A stretch of 64,000 nt of DNA from Octopus bimaculoides (GCF_001194135.2 NC_068983.1:153466818-153530817); one strand, 5' to 3'; positions 27,263 through 40,087 are shown, counted from the first letter of the stretch. Notes: generated by a model from the letters alone, not told the origin. Numbers and translations are program-made.

Positions 27263-28191
27263 TTAATGTTTTCCAGTAAAGAATACACTTATAGACATAC
27301 ATAAAAAATATACATCCCATTCACCAAAATACAAACATACCCACGCATAACCACATACACTCAAATTTGACATCTTCCTCACAATTTGTCATCCCAAATT
27401 CCATTCAGACAGTTTGGTCGATGCCAGCTAAGTTGACAGAAAATAAACACTCACGTGCGCAGGTTTGCTTATGCATCTGTACATGAGCAAATGCCTGTGC
27501 GCGTGGAGATCCGTGTATCTTGTTAGTGCGAGTGAGATTATATGGTTTGTAGGTTTGAATAGATGGCTTGAAGTGTTTTCCCAATCTATGTATTTCGTTA
27601 GATGTCCAAAAGTTTATATTCCAAAATCATTAAATACCTTTTCGGAAAGAATGATCATTACATAATCTCGTCTCAAATCTTTGGAAGAATATAACCATCC
27701 TCTATATGGTTTAACTTCGAATGTTATTCAACGGCTGAGTGTACTTAGCGTGTTGAAAGTAGACGTAACCTGAAAAACATTTAAAAAATGCTCACTGATA
27801 GAACATATGAGATCTCATGCCCTAGTATTCTTCATGCTTGAATATTGCTGGTTATACCTCAAATATATTCACATAATCCAAGCGTTCAGTTACTATTTAT
27901 ATTCATTTTGTCCACCTCTGTAAACTTGGGAAACGTATATTGCATTGCTGAAAGAGAAAACGCGTCTTAACATTTTCAATCGAAACCAAGGCTTGTAGAT
28001 CGAGAGCCGGAATGCTTAAGCATCAGAATTCACAGCTTCATAAGCCTCCTTGAAACAATTCCATGATATATTTTCTCTAATTGCTTGCTACTAATGCAGC
28101 ATCACATTTCTATGCTCATTAATATTTCATCTACAATTAACACTCTTGAGCACAATGGTTACAAAATCATAAAATTTATTTTTGTAATCGT

Positions 28192-28400
28192 AAGGCGGTG
28201 AGCTGTCAGAAACGTTAGCCCGCCAGGCGAAATGCTTAGCGGTATTTCGTCTGTCTTTACGTTCCTAGTTCAAATTCCGCCGAGGTCGACTTTGCCTTTC
28301 GGGCGTCGATTAATTAAATACCCGTTACGTACTGGTGTCGATCTAATCGACTGGCCCACTCCCCAAAATTTTCGGGCCTTGTGCCTAGCGTAGAAAAGAA
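28192..28400 (+). mobile_element. SINE family A, full length, tail type 1
   Basis: Head AAGGCGGTGAGCTG, with a small deletion in the core. The 15 bp TSD TATTTTTGTAATCGT lies at 28177-28191 and 28401-28415. Confidence 0.9.
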
Positions 28401-30004
28401 TATTTTTGTAATCGTTTATTCTAAGCTTGGAGCGATTTTAGTGAGAATTTCATTTTTAATGCTCTAAAATATCATATTTGCACTACTTTTATGAACTAAA
28501 AAGCAAGAAGTAGAGCATCAAAGGAAATATCCTGCGGTATTTAACTCCTCCTTGTAATGTTCTAATTTCAAATCTCACTGTAGTTTTTTCTCTTTTTTTT
28601 TTAATCGCATTACACTTTACAGACAATTATCATTAAATCAGACATTTGCCGAAGCCAGGGGTTCGATAAACAATTTATTGATATTATGCAAATGGTGAAT
28701 TTTATAAATGCGCTGGGAAGAAAAAGTGATTTTCGAGTATTCGAATTTGACTCTTAATGTAAAATGCAGAGAGTGTACGTGTGTGAGACAACCAGACAGA
28801 AAGAAGGAAAGAGAGAAAGAGTAGGTAAGAAATTGAGAATGAGAAAAACAAGAGCTATAGAATATTATTTAGTTTCAAGGACAGTTGAAGCTTTATGAGT
28901 GCAGCAAAATTACATAACGGTCAAGAAGAGAGTATTGCACATATTTGCAAATACCATATATAGGAAATAGCAAATCAACTGCAGTTTACATATGCTAGCA
29001 GTGTCATTTCACCAAACTTTTCTTATATTTCTGACCGAAAACTAACTTATTTTGTAGATAATACGATATAACTGATACATAATGTAATGGCACAAGAAAA
29101 TATGACCGAAAATGTTGTCCATCGATTCAGAGATTCAAATTTGCACACACGCACACATACCTACACTCAGACATGTACACGAATATATGTTTATGTATAT
29201 GCATGGATATATGCATACGTATACGTGCGTGTGAGTAGAAATGTGAAATTGAAACGGCAAATATATATGTGCATATATATATATATGTATATATGTATAN
29301 NNNNNNNNNNNNNNNNNNNNNNNNNNNNNNNNNNNNNNNNNNNNNNNNNNNNNNNNNNNNNNNNNNNNNNNNNNNNNNNNNNNNNNNNNNNNNNNNNNNN
29401 NNNNNNNNNNNNNNNNNNNNNNNNNNNNNNNNNNNNNNNNNNNNNNNNNNNNNNNNNNNNNNNNNNNNNNNNNNNNNNNNNNNNNNNNNNNNNNNNNNNN
29501 NNNNNNNNNNNNNNNNNNNNNNNNNNNNNNNNNNNNNNNNNNNNNNNNNNNNNNNNNNNNNNNNNNNNNNNNNNNNNNNNNNNNNNNNNNNNNNNNNNNN
29601 NNNNNNNNNNNNNNNNNNNNNNNNNNNNNNNNNNNNNNNNNNNNNNNNNNNNNNNNNNNNNNNNNNNNNNNNNNNNNNNNNNNNNNNNNNNNNNNNNNNN
29701 NNNNNNNNNNNNNNNNNNNNNNNNNNNNNNNNNNNNNNNNNNNNNNNNNNNNNNNNNNNNNNNNNNNNNNNNNNNNNNNNNNNNNNNNNNNNNNNNNNNN
29801 NNNNNNNNNNNNNNNNNNNNNNNNNNNNNNNNNNNNNNNNNNNNNNNNNNNNNNNNNNNNNNNNNNTTAAAGGCCAGGATCCGTGTGAGCGTACGTTATA
29901 TAAGTTCAAAAAAAAACAGAAACAACAAAAAAAACCCAACAAAGTGAGGACGTGATACGGATAGTGTTATTAGACGCTCGGGAAAGGAGAGAGAGAGAGA
30001 GTAT

Positions 30005-30031
30005 GACGTTTCGGGCGGAGCCCTTCGTCGG
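30005..30031 (-). ncRNA. Penelope-type minimal hammerhead motif, one core substitution
   Basis: Reverse complement reads CCGACGA-A-GGGC(UCC)GCCC-GAAACGUC. It differs from CUGANGA only at U4>C and has a pyrimidine-rich upstream tract. Stem I is not evident. Confidence 0.45.
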
Positions 30032-30752
30032 AAAGACGGAAAGTTCAAAGAATGGAAAAACGGTGGAAGAAAAAATCGGCACCGATGCCCACGAGGTTAC
30101 ATTGTGGAAGGACCGGAAGAGGAGATGCTGGAGGAAAAGTTCTTTCTAAGACAGGAGAGTGAAAAGGGGAGGTGAATATGCGTGCGTGCGCGAGGGTCTG
30201 CAAGTGTGTGTGTGTGTGCGTGGTTTGGTGGTTTATCTGTTCCTGTGTATGTGTGTGTTTGTGTGCGTGTGTGTGACGTAATGGAAGGAATTAGTAGCAG
30301 CAATAGTTAGGGGGTGCTTATGGACAATGGTCAGTAGGCGGTCAGCAGGCAGTTTTTGAGTATGTGTGTGCGTGTGTGTGTTTGTGTGGGGTTGTAGGTG
30401 TTGGGTACGTGTGCGTGTATGTGTGTGTTTTCTACGTGCGCGTGTTAACATTTCAGATGATGGGTCGTGTTAGACAGAGCGCTGACTTCTGCAAAAAGAG
30501 AATATCCACTGACATATTTTCAGTGCTTTCAAAAATCACAGTGATTTCAAAAACCACCTTCAATTTTCGATGACAGGTTAGGGCCTGAAACACTTCAAAC
30601 GGATGCATAGCAGGTTGCTTAGTTGAATTAACCCAGTATTTGTGTTGTTGTCAATACTGCACTTTCCCATATGATCTCTTTCAACATAAGTGTAATATAT
30701 CATATACAAACTATGCCATTTTAATCTCGAGCAACCCTGGGTATCTCTGGTA

Positions 30753-30811
<59 letters not shown>

Positions 30812-31558
30812 CAGACAGATAGGTAGATATGCGTGTAAGAGAGTGTACATTTGAGTGTCAGTGTATCGAAACCTAAGTTTCTACTTGTGCTTACAGTGAA
30901 GACGTTTTCAGTTTGGCGAATGTAAATGCTAGTTGTGTTGCAATATTTTAATTTGCCAAAAATGAAGGCAAATGTTGATCGTAAGCTGACTCACCATATT
31001 GAATTTAGCTATACATGTTAATAGTTAGCGTTACTCAGACGTTTGAAAGGCTAGCCATTTTAAGACATCGCATCACTTCACGAATGTTTCATTTTATCAA
31101 TTTTTTTTTTTACTCACAATCATATACAAAAACACACATCAATATATGTGTGAAAAGATGTGTGTGTGTGTGTGTGTGTAGCACATTCCTTTATTGTTGG
31201 TCACATGCACTTACAAAGTTATAGAAATGACTAACGCAGTAAGTATGGCGTGAAAAAGAAAATGAAAACAAACGTCATGAACAATAAGGGACTGGGGTGA
31301 AGTCCACTTAAATTTATCGATACACGTTCCAATAGAAGAGCGTCGTGTGCAACAGTGGGTGGAAAATTGGCAGAGAAATAGAGAAGATATTGTGTGAGAA
31401 ATACGTGAAGGATATTGACACGGAAACGAATATAGTCATTCACAAAATATTTCATTATTGGTGACAAATTATACACACAAACAGACACTCAAACATATAC
31501 ATATAGGTATATATACATACACATATATACATATATATATGAATATAAATATATATAT

Positions 31559-31840
31559 GGGCGCTGACATGACTATATGGTAAGAAGCTTGCTTCTCAAC
31601 TACATGGTACCGGGTTCAGTCATACTGCGTGACACCTTGGACAAGTGTCTTCTACAATATATCATTGGGGCGACTAAAGACTTGTGAGTGGATTTGTTAG
31701 ACGGAAACTGAAAGAATAGAAGTACTAAGCCAAAAAATAAAAAAGTCCTAGAGTAAATGTCTTTCCAACTAAAACCCTTAAAGTCTGTGCCCCAGCATAA
31801 CCACAGTCAAATGACAACAACAAGGACAGGAATTAAAGAA
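31559..31840 (+). mobile_element. SINE family B with internal deletion
   Basis: The 5' half (GGTAAGAAGCTTGCTTC..GACGGAAACTGAAAGA) is joined directly to the 3' part (ATAGAAGTACTAAG..CAGTCAAATGAC); the microsatellite-bearing middle is absent. Confidence 0.75.
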
Positions 31841-31858
31841 TGTATTTTTATAAGTATA

Positions 31859-32425
31859 CAGTAGTGGCCAAAATTAGAGAAAGAAAATCAATTTTATAGA
31901 TATTTACATTTCTACTTTATTTTTCCGAATTAAATTTTTACTGTGTATACTTAAAATGTGTTCATAATAATGAATTTATTGTAAATATACAATAAATGTT
32001 CTATGAAGTGATTAATAACTAAATTATTTATAATAGAGAACATGCATATTTGGAAAATACAAGATGGTCAAAATTAAAGAACGTTTGAGTTAAAATTCAG
32101 AAAGTAACACTCTATACGCTGTAAACTAGGTTGACTGAACAGTGTGATGATTTATATTGAACAGTGGCGAATCAACTATCATAGAAAGTCGACCTAAAAT
32201 TGCTGGAAACCTCAGGAAGTGAGTGGTTACGGTGAAGAAATTTCTACTGTCGCCAGAATCATTAACAGATCAAAAGGGAGAATGATTTCGGCGGCAGGTA
32301 TTGGATATATGATCCATATTCATGTAATGTGAATGCAGCTATATACAAAAACATCGTTCTGCAGCATGTTGCACCAGCTATGAGGTCACAACCAACTCAT
32401 CAGTTGTGCAGGATAATGTTCATAT
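31859..32425 (+). mobile_element. Tc1-family DNA transposon remnant (left TIR plus catalytic-domain fragment)
   Basis: TA at 31857-58 is followed by CAGTAGTGGCCAAAATTA, a Tc1-like terminus. Translation gives MISAAGIG (32282), NVNAAIYKNIVLQHVAPAMR and QDN (32409-17; second catalytic Asp motif). Frameshifted. Confidence 0.7.
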
Positions 32426-32460
32426 TTTCATTTTCCTTTTACTCATGTATATAAAGAGTA

Positions 32461-32731
32461 AAGGCCCCATTCGATAAAAAATGACCATGGGATTGCAACT
32501 AGAAAGTTTACCTCTGAGGCACAAGTCCGGGCAATGTTGTTTGTGGAAGTCTAGCAGTCACCCATGCATGGTAGTCTTCCCTCTCCACGCCACCGATTGC
32601 TACAGCTGATTGAACTGCAGTAACGTAAGTTAAAGTTCTTGCTCAAGAACACAACACATTGACTGATTCGGGAATCGAAATCACATCCTCACACTTATAA
32701 GCCCGACGCTCTAACCACTGATCCATACCCC
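32461..32731 (-). mobile_element. SINE family D (C-type head, different tail)
   Basis: Reverse complement reads CAGTGGTTAGAGCGTCGGGC..TTTCGATTCCCGA..TGTGTTGTGTTCTTGAGCAAGAAC; the tail ends GTTGCAATCCCATGGTCAT. Confidence 0.75.
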
Positions 32732-32975
32732 TTCACGCACACACACACACACACACACGTGTGTGTGTGAGAGAGAGATAGAGTGTACGAACATCCATAT
32801 ACATACGGAGGTGCGAGTGAAGAGAAGGTGGAGATTAATTTAATTTTCATGGGTGTCTGCTTTTTGCTTTATTTGTATTTATATTCTGTTTTTGTCCTAA
32901 AATCGAATGTTTTCCATATGAATATTTCCGTTATAATGGTGTGTGATCTTATTGTATTATTACAAAAAGAAATTG

Positions 32976-33190
32976 GGGGCGAATTCGGAAAACGTTGGGA
33001 TGTGAGGTTAATATGCTTTACGGTAATTGTTTCAGTTCTTTATTTTCCGGATTCAAATTTCATAGAGGTCAGCTTCATCCCTCTGAAGACTATTAAATAA
33101 GTACCAGTCGGGTATGAGTACAATTGTAATCGACCAACATACCTTTTCACAAATTTATTCGGCTTGTGCCTAAAAGAGAAATGATTATTG
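32976..33190 (+). mobile_element. SINE family A, old diverged copy
   Basis: GGATTCAAATTTC..GAGGTC..TAAATAAGTACCAG..GGCTTGTGCCTAAAAG. Confidence 0.55.
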
Positions 33191-33364
33191 CTGTAAAAGT
33201 GTATTACCGTATGTGTTATTTTTCATTTTCCATGTATGTACTTCCCCGATTCATGAATGCTTTGGGAAGTGTTCCAGAAACAAACTAAGCGGGATATCTG
33301 AGTATTTGATATTTGGAATCTTCCACGTAACCACTGCATTTACACCACGTATTAAAATATCATC

Positions 33365-33626
33365 GGGATGCGCAATGGCCCGGTGGTTAGGGCAGCGTAC
33401 TCGCGGTCATAAGATCCCGGTTTCGATTCCCAGACAGAGCATTGTGAGTGTTTATTGAGCGAAAACACCTAAAGCTCCACGAGGCTCCGGCAGGGGATGG
33501 TGGCGAACCCTGCTGTACTCTTTCACCACAACTTTCTCTCACTCTTACTTCCTGTTTCTGTTGTGCCTGTAATTCAAAGGGTCAGCCTTGTCACACTGTG
33601 TCACGCTGAATATCCCCGAGAACTAC
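33365..33626 (+). mobile_element. SINE family C variant; 3' end lost in the gap
   Basis: A-box-like TGGCCCGGTGG, B-box-like GTTTCGATTCC, and a 3' module shared with 2960-3270. Confidence 0.8.
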
Positions 33627-34959
33627 NNNNNNNNNNNNNNNNNNNNNNNNNNNNNNNNNNNNNNNNNNNNNNNNNNNNNNNNNNNNNNNNNNNNNNNNNN
33701 NNNNNNNNNNNNNNNNNNNNNNNNNNNNNNNNNNNNNNNNNNNNNNNNNNNNNNNNNNNNNNNNNNNNNNNNNNNNNNNNNNNNNNNNNNNNNNNNNNNN
33801 NNNNNNNNNNNNNNNNNNNNNNNNNNNNNNNNNNNNNNNNNNNNNNNNNNNNNNNNNNNNNNNNNNNNNNNNNNNNNNNNNNNNNNNNNNNNNNNNNNNN
33901 NNNNNNNNNNNNNNNNNNNNNNNNNNNNNNNNNNNNNNNNNNNNNNNNNNNNNNNNNNNNNNNNNNNNNNNNNNNNNNNNNNNNNNNNNNNNNNNNNNNN
34001 NNNNNNNNNNNNNNNNNNNNNNNNNNNNNNNNNNNNNNNNNNNNNNNNNNNNNNNNNNNNNNNNNNNNNNNNNNNNNNNNNNNNNNNNNNNNNNNNNNNN
34101 NNNNNNNNNNNNNNNNNNNNNNNNNNTATATATATATATATATATATATACATACATGCACACATACATACATACATACATACATACATACATGCATTCA
34201 TATATACATGCATAAATACATACATGCATGCATACATACACACGTACGTATGTGTATATGTATGTATGTATGTATGTATGATTATGTATATGCAGAAATG
34301 AATGCATATGTATCCTTTCGTCACGGCGTAAAGTGCACAGATGCATGTAACATCTTTAGCAAACAAAACTCATTTCTGTTCACACTGTGACAAGCTTTCC
34401 ATAATTTACCACGTTGCTTGAAGCTCCATCACATACATTCCTCTTCCCTCAAAGTCCCGAAGCACAATACGTATCAGCACGCACGCACGCATATGCACAC
34501 CCACGATGGCGTTTCGTTAAACTATCACCCCCTTCCACGCTTACAGAACCGAAACCTCATTAATTCGTCCATACGTCAGTTATGACTATACAATAAAACT
34601 TGTAACGCTCCCTGCTTCACATCATACTTTCAATTAAACAGTTCACTATCTCTTAGCGTCAATATCATTGGTATTGCACAATACACACTTGAATTAGTAG
34701 TGACAACACTGATGTGTGTGGAGGATGTGAATAATATTGTTTGTGAAGGCGAGAGGCAAGCAATGTACTCGTTTTCCTTGGCATTTAGGCACAAATGCCC
34801 TTAGATCATATTTTCCTATTTTCTCTTTCCATATTTCTATAATATATCGCTCTTGCTAAATTTCTCTACACATAGTTTCACAATGAAGCACATATTTTAC
34901 AGGTATCAGCAACTATCTATCTATCTATCTAACTATTTCTCTCTCTCTCTCTCTATCTC

Positions 34960-34990
<31 letters not shown>

Positions 34991-35785
34991 NNNNNNNNNN
35001 NNNNNNNNNNNNNNNNNNNNNNNNNNNNNNNNNNNNNNNNNNNNNNNNNNNNNNNNNNNNNNNNNNNNNNNNNNNNNNNNNNNNNNNNNNNNNNNNNNNN
35101 NNNNNNNNNNNNNNNNNNNNNNNNNNNNNNNNNNNNNNNNNNNNNNNNNNNNNNNNNNNNNNNNNNNNNNNNNNNNNNNNNNNNNNNNNNNNNNNNNNNN
35201 NNNNNNNNNNNNNNNNNNNNNNNNNNNNNNNNNNNNNNNNNNNNNNNNNNNNNNNNNNNNNNNNNNNNNNNNNNNNNNNNNNNNNNNNNNNNNNNNNNNN
35301 NNNNNNNNNNNNNNNNNNNNNNNNNNNNNNNNNNNNNNNNNNNNNNNNNNNNNNNNNNNNNNNNNNNNNNNNNNNNNNNNNNNNNNNNNNNNNNNNNNNN
35401 NNNNNNNNNNNNNNNNNNNNNNNNNNNNNNNNNNNNNNNNNNNNNNNNNNNNNNNNNNNNNNNNNNNNNNNNNNNNNNNNNNNNNNNNNNNNNNNNNNNN
35501 NNNNNNNNNNNNNNNNNNNNNNNNNNNNNNNNNNNNNNNNNNNNNNNNNNNNNNNNNNNNNNNNNNNNNNNNNNNNNNNNNNNNNNNNNNNNNNNNNNNN
35601 NNNNNNNNNNNNNNNNNNNNNNNNNNNNNNNNNNNNNNNNNNNNNNNNNNNNNNNNNNNNNNNNNNNNNNNNNNNNNNNNNNNNNNNNNNNNNNNNNNNN
35701 NNNNNNNNNNNNNNNNNNNNNNNNNNNNNNNNNNNNNNNNNNNNNNNNNNNNNNNNNNNNNNNNNNNNNNNNNNNNNNNNNNNNN

Positions 35786-35819
<34 letters not shown>

Positions 35820-36811
35820 TATGCGTGTTTGCGCCGTTGAGGAACCCTTTGTATAAATGTTTAAATTTCATTAGCAACACTTTCATTGATGTGTGGAGGT
35901 GTATCCAATTGCTTTCGCAAATGTATTTTCATCCGTATGTTTATTTTCAATGCGTATTCATTGGCGCGCTCCCACACCACGCGCGCGTTCATGTGTGTGC
36001 GTGGCGTAGGCTCCTTGCTACATGTGCATGTCCTTATCAAATATGACAAGCAAACGTAAACAAAGCTATCTGTACTTGGGTGGTGGTTTTAGGCTGTCTT
36101 ACCGTAGACAGTGGTGCTAGGAGCAATTTTTGTGATGGAATGTGTAAAGTATGTTTTCGGAGTTGGTAGCCAAAGGAATTGGTAGCCGTGACAACCGAAT
36201 ACCAGGCACCATTTGTGGCGTCCCATTTATGATGTCATCTTCCTCATCACCATCATTGTCATATTCACTCCCAACCCCAAACCACCACACCCCAGCGCCT
36301 TCACCGCCGCTAACAGTCTTCATTGCTATCATCGACTACAGAATTTTCAGCGGTGTTGGCGTCGTCCTCGCTGGCAAACAGCATCGCATTCCTCACGAAG
36401 ATCATCATTATCACCCCCCCTACACACGCACACACACCTTCTTCATTGCAGTTTATCATATCCCTTATGAGATTTATCTTTGATTTGATCAGTAACAATA
36501 ATAAGAAGAAAATAAGAACAAGAAAATTAATTGATGTTACCAGCAGCANNNNNNNNNNNNNNNNNNNNNNNNNNNNNNNNNNNNNNNNNNNNNNNNNNNN
36601 NNNNNNNNNNNNNNNNNNNNNNNNNNNNNNNNNNNNNNNNNNNNNNNNNNNNNNNNNNNNNNNNNNNNNNNNNNNNNNNNNNNNNNNNNNNNNNNNNNNN
36701 NNNNNNNNNNNNNNNNNNNNNNNNNNNNNNNNNNNNNNNNNNNNNNNNNNNNNNNNNNNNNNNNNNNNNNNNNNNNNNNNNNNNNNNNNNNNNNNNNNNN
36801 NNNNNNNNNNN

Positions 36812-36861
36812 CCACCTTTACCACCACCACCACCGCTGCTGCAACTAATACTAGTAGTAAT

Positions 36862-36912
<51 letters not shown>

Positions 36913-36974
36913 TACTGCTGCTGCTGCAACTACTACTAATCGTAACTACTACTACTACTAATCGTAACTACTTC

Positions 36975-37015
<41 letters not shown>

Positions 37016-37040
37016 TTTCTACTACTGCTGCTACTCTAAT

Positions 37041-37089
<49 letters not shown>

Positions 37090-37160
37090 GCTGCTACTGC
37101 TGCTGCCACTACTGTTGCTAGTAGTAGTAGTAGTAGTAGTAGTTGTAGTAGTGGTGGTGG
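36812..37160. repeat. Compound (CCA)/(CTA)n microsatellite that switches to (GTA)n
   Basis: Directly visible; includes a local duplication of ACTACTACTAATCGTAACTAC. Confidence 0.9.
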
Positions 37161-37729
37161 TGAATGAGAAGGCAGCGTCTATGATAACATTAAAGGCAAC
37201 AAATTGCAATGGTGAGCGACATTGCAATAATCATCAGAATTCTTGAAATTCCGATGGAATTCCTATCAGAATTCAACAGTCATCAAACATTGGGTTAAAG
37301 GCTGGCAACGGTCTTCAATACAGTCTCATCAGTCAGACATCCTCCCACCCCAACATAGTATCCCTGATATATGAACAACTATAATAAAACACAATAAAAC
37401 AGGGCGTAAATGAAGATGATGGAGGAATGGGAGAAGATAGAGGAGGAAGGGGGAGAGAAAATCCAGTATTAAAAGTAACACATGGTGACTAGAGAATGAG
37501 AGAAAAAATTATTGGTTGGATGGGAGAAATAGGAGAGATGAACAGTAAAGGCATGACATTTTAAAAAAGAACAAAAAGAAAAAAAATCTAAACAAGGAGA
37601 ATTTCATGAATAGAGACTGACTGAACGAAAACGAAAGTGAAAGTAGGTAAACGGGAAGTGGGAAGAAGAGAAGGAGGGTAGGAAATGTGAGTGTTATGAA
37701 TGGAATGAGGGATGAATGCATCTTTTTTA

Positions 37730-38225
37730 CTCTTTTACTCGTTTCAGTCATTTGACTGCGGCCATGCTGAAACACCGCTTTTAGTCGAGCAAATCGACCC
37801 CAGGACTTATTCTTTGTAAGCCTAGTACTTATTCTATCGGTCTCTTTTTGCCGAATCGCTAATTACGGGGACGTAAACATACCAGCATCGGTTGTCAAGC
37901 GATGTTAGGAGGACAAACACAGACACACAAGCGCACATACATATATNNNNNNNNNNNNNNNNNNNNNNNNNNNNNNNNNNNNNNNNNNNNNNNNNNNNNN
38001 NNNNNNNNNNNNNNNNNNNNNNNNNNNNNNNNNNNNNNNNNNNNNNNNNNNNNNNATATATATATATATACCACGGTCTCCATTCTTTTTCCGTCTACCA
38101 AATCCACTCACAAGGCTTTGGTCGGCCCGAGGCTATAGTAGAAGACACTTGCCCAAGGTGCCACGCAGTGGGACTGAACCCGGAACCATGTGGTCGGTAA
38201 GCAAGCTACTTACCACACAGCCACT
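37730..38225 (-). mobile_element. SINE family B, full length; gap in its internal microsatellite
   Basis: Both halves are recognisable either side of gap 37947-38055. Confidence 0.9.
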
Positions 38226-38246
38226 CAGGGAGAAGTTAGAAGAATC

Positions 38247-38464
38247 GGTTTCAAATTTTGGTACAAGGCCAGCAATGTTTGGAGAGGAGTAACTAACCCG
38301 ATTACGTCAACTCTAGTACTCTACTGGTACTTATTTTATCGGCACCGAAAGGGGTGGATGAAAGGCAAAATCAAACTCGGTGGAATATTAACCCAGATCT
38401 TATAGGTGGACGAAATGTCGCTATGTATTTTTTTCCTGCGCGGCAACGACTCTACCAGCATGCC
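38247..38464 (-). mobile_element. SINE family A, diverged antisense copy
   Basis: CTGGTACTTATTTTATCG..GGATGAAAGGCAAA is the reverse complement of the family A core. Confidence 0.65.
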
Positions 38465-38569
38465 CGATTAGGCATATTAATTTCTGCAACATAATTTGTG
38501 ATTTTCTTGATATTTGGAAAGATGATTAAACATTGATTTTTGACGGTATTTTATTTACGTTATTATTCT

Positions 38570-38729
38570 CATGAGTGGCTGTGTTGTAAGAAGCTTGCTT
38601 CCCAACCACATTGCTCCGTGTTCAATCTCATTGCGTGGCACCTTGGCCAAGCGTCTTCTAATATGGCCTCGTGCGGACCAAATCCTTGTGAGTGGATTTG
38701 GTAGACGGAAACTGAAAGGAGCCCGTCGC

Positions 38730-38761
<32 letters not shown>

Positions 38762-39010
38762 CTGTGTCTGTGTCTGTGTCTGTGTATGTGTCTGTGTTTA
38801 TCTCTGTGTGTGCCTGTGTTTGTCCCTCCACTATCACTTGACAAATAGGTGTTCGTGTGTTTACGTCTCCTTAACTTAGCGGTTCCGCAAAATAGACCAA
38901 CAGAATAAGTACTAGGCTTACAAAGTATATGTCATGGGGTTTGTTTGCTCGACTAATGGTGGTGCTGCAGCATGGCAGCAGTCAAATGACCGAGACCAGT
39001 AAAAGAGTAT
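38570..39010 (+). mobile_element. SINE family B, full length with internal (TG)n(TCTGTG)n
   Basis: GAGTGGCTGTGTTGTAAGAAGCTTGCTTCCCAACC ... GCAGCATGGCAGCAGTCAAATGAC..AGTAAAAGAG. Confidence 0.9.
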
Positions 39011-40087
39011 ATATTTCTGTGGTGACAAAATTAAATCTGCTGACGAATAAATGACTAAGGAAACAATTAGTCACTAGCAGAGTTCCTAGAGACGATGGCA
39101 GTTATCACTGATATAACAAAGATATTGAAAGGCATAGAGAAATAACACGCAATAGTGACAGAAATTATTGCTTAGCTAACCCGCGCTATTCTCGTCTAAA
39201 TCAAGATACTGAGTTTTACTCAAACAGTTATTTAACTCTGGTTAAATATTTGCATGTTTCATAGAAATTTTACGCAAAATTATTTGCTGAACAAAGCTAT
39301 TTACTTTGCAAATAGCGACTAGCACAGCATGATATTTTCACTTAAAATGATGTGCAGACAACATTAACCAAAAAAGATATGAATATACTATATATTATGG
39401 TTTTTATTATTAATATATTTAATCAAAACAATTTTAAATGGTGTACACCTGTAAACAAAAACTGTATATTTTCTAAGAATTTTATCGATAATATTAAATT
39501 AATATCTTAGCTATGAATTTGTATCATACATAAATGGGCGTGGAAACACAATCATACACGCATATATCATACATGAACGAGGTATATATGACGAATGTTA
39601 TGCTTTAAAGAAGAAAATTATCTATTCGTGAATATTCAACGGCGTTTGAGAATGACGATGAAAGTTGTAGTTTAGAAAACGTTAGCTGACTTGGAGGACT
39701 CGGTGCTATCCGAATATTTGAAAAGAGCTAACTGCATCATGATGAATCGCGCCAGGTATCAGAATCCAGATAACGGCTGCTCAATGCCCTGTGAGCACTG
39801 GAAGGATGTAAGACTTGGCATGAGCAGTTGTAACAGAGACTACAAAGCTGTGACCAGCTAAGGGGGACACACCAGGCGTTCCAAATGCGTCCACTGGCCA
39901 CTGTTCATTCCCGCAATTTGAACAGGGCTTTAGGCTCAATTCTGACCGGCTATATAAAGTTGCGAGGGACTCTAGTCAATGCCTTGCAAGACAGGATTGC
40001 TGCTAGTGGTCCATATAAGTGGCAGCAGGATTAAACATCTTGCCATACCTCAGGAAAGAGCCAAAAGTGGTTGTCCAAGAAATTGTA

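Noticed and set aside
1504-27600. Other strong splice-like sites (donors near 1504, 5075, 12536, 12867, 27450; acceptors near 8404, 12478, 24538)
   Set aside because: Each gives only a short or stop-bounded frame with no recognisable protein. They do not chain into a coherent gene and are expected by chance.
30562-30595. TCGATGA-C-AGG..CCT-GAAAC as a hammerhead motif
   Set aside because: The stem is only 3 bp, the core is altered, and there is no GUH triplet; this is compatible with chance.
33365-33435. SINE heads as tRNA genes
   Set aside because: A/B-box-like motifs are present, but there is no cloverleaf and the sequence continues into SINE body.
39640-40075. Minus-strand L1/Tx1 zinc-finger-like reading (..KPCSNCG..)
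   Set aside because: The plus strand gives much better, ordered Tc1/mariner motifs (FEQGFRLNSD, WQQD, CHTS) over the same bases.
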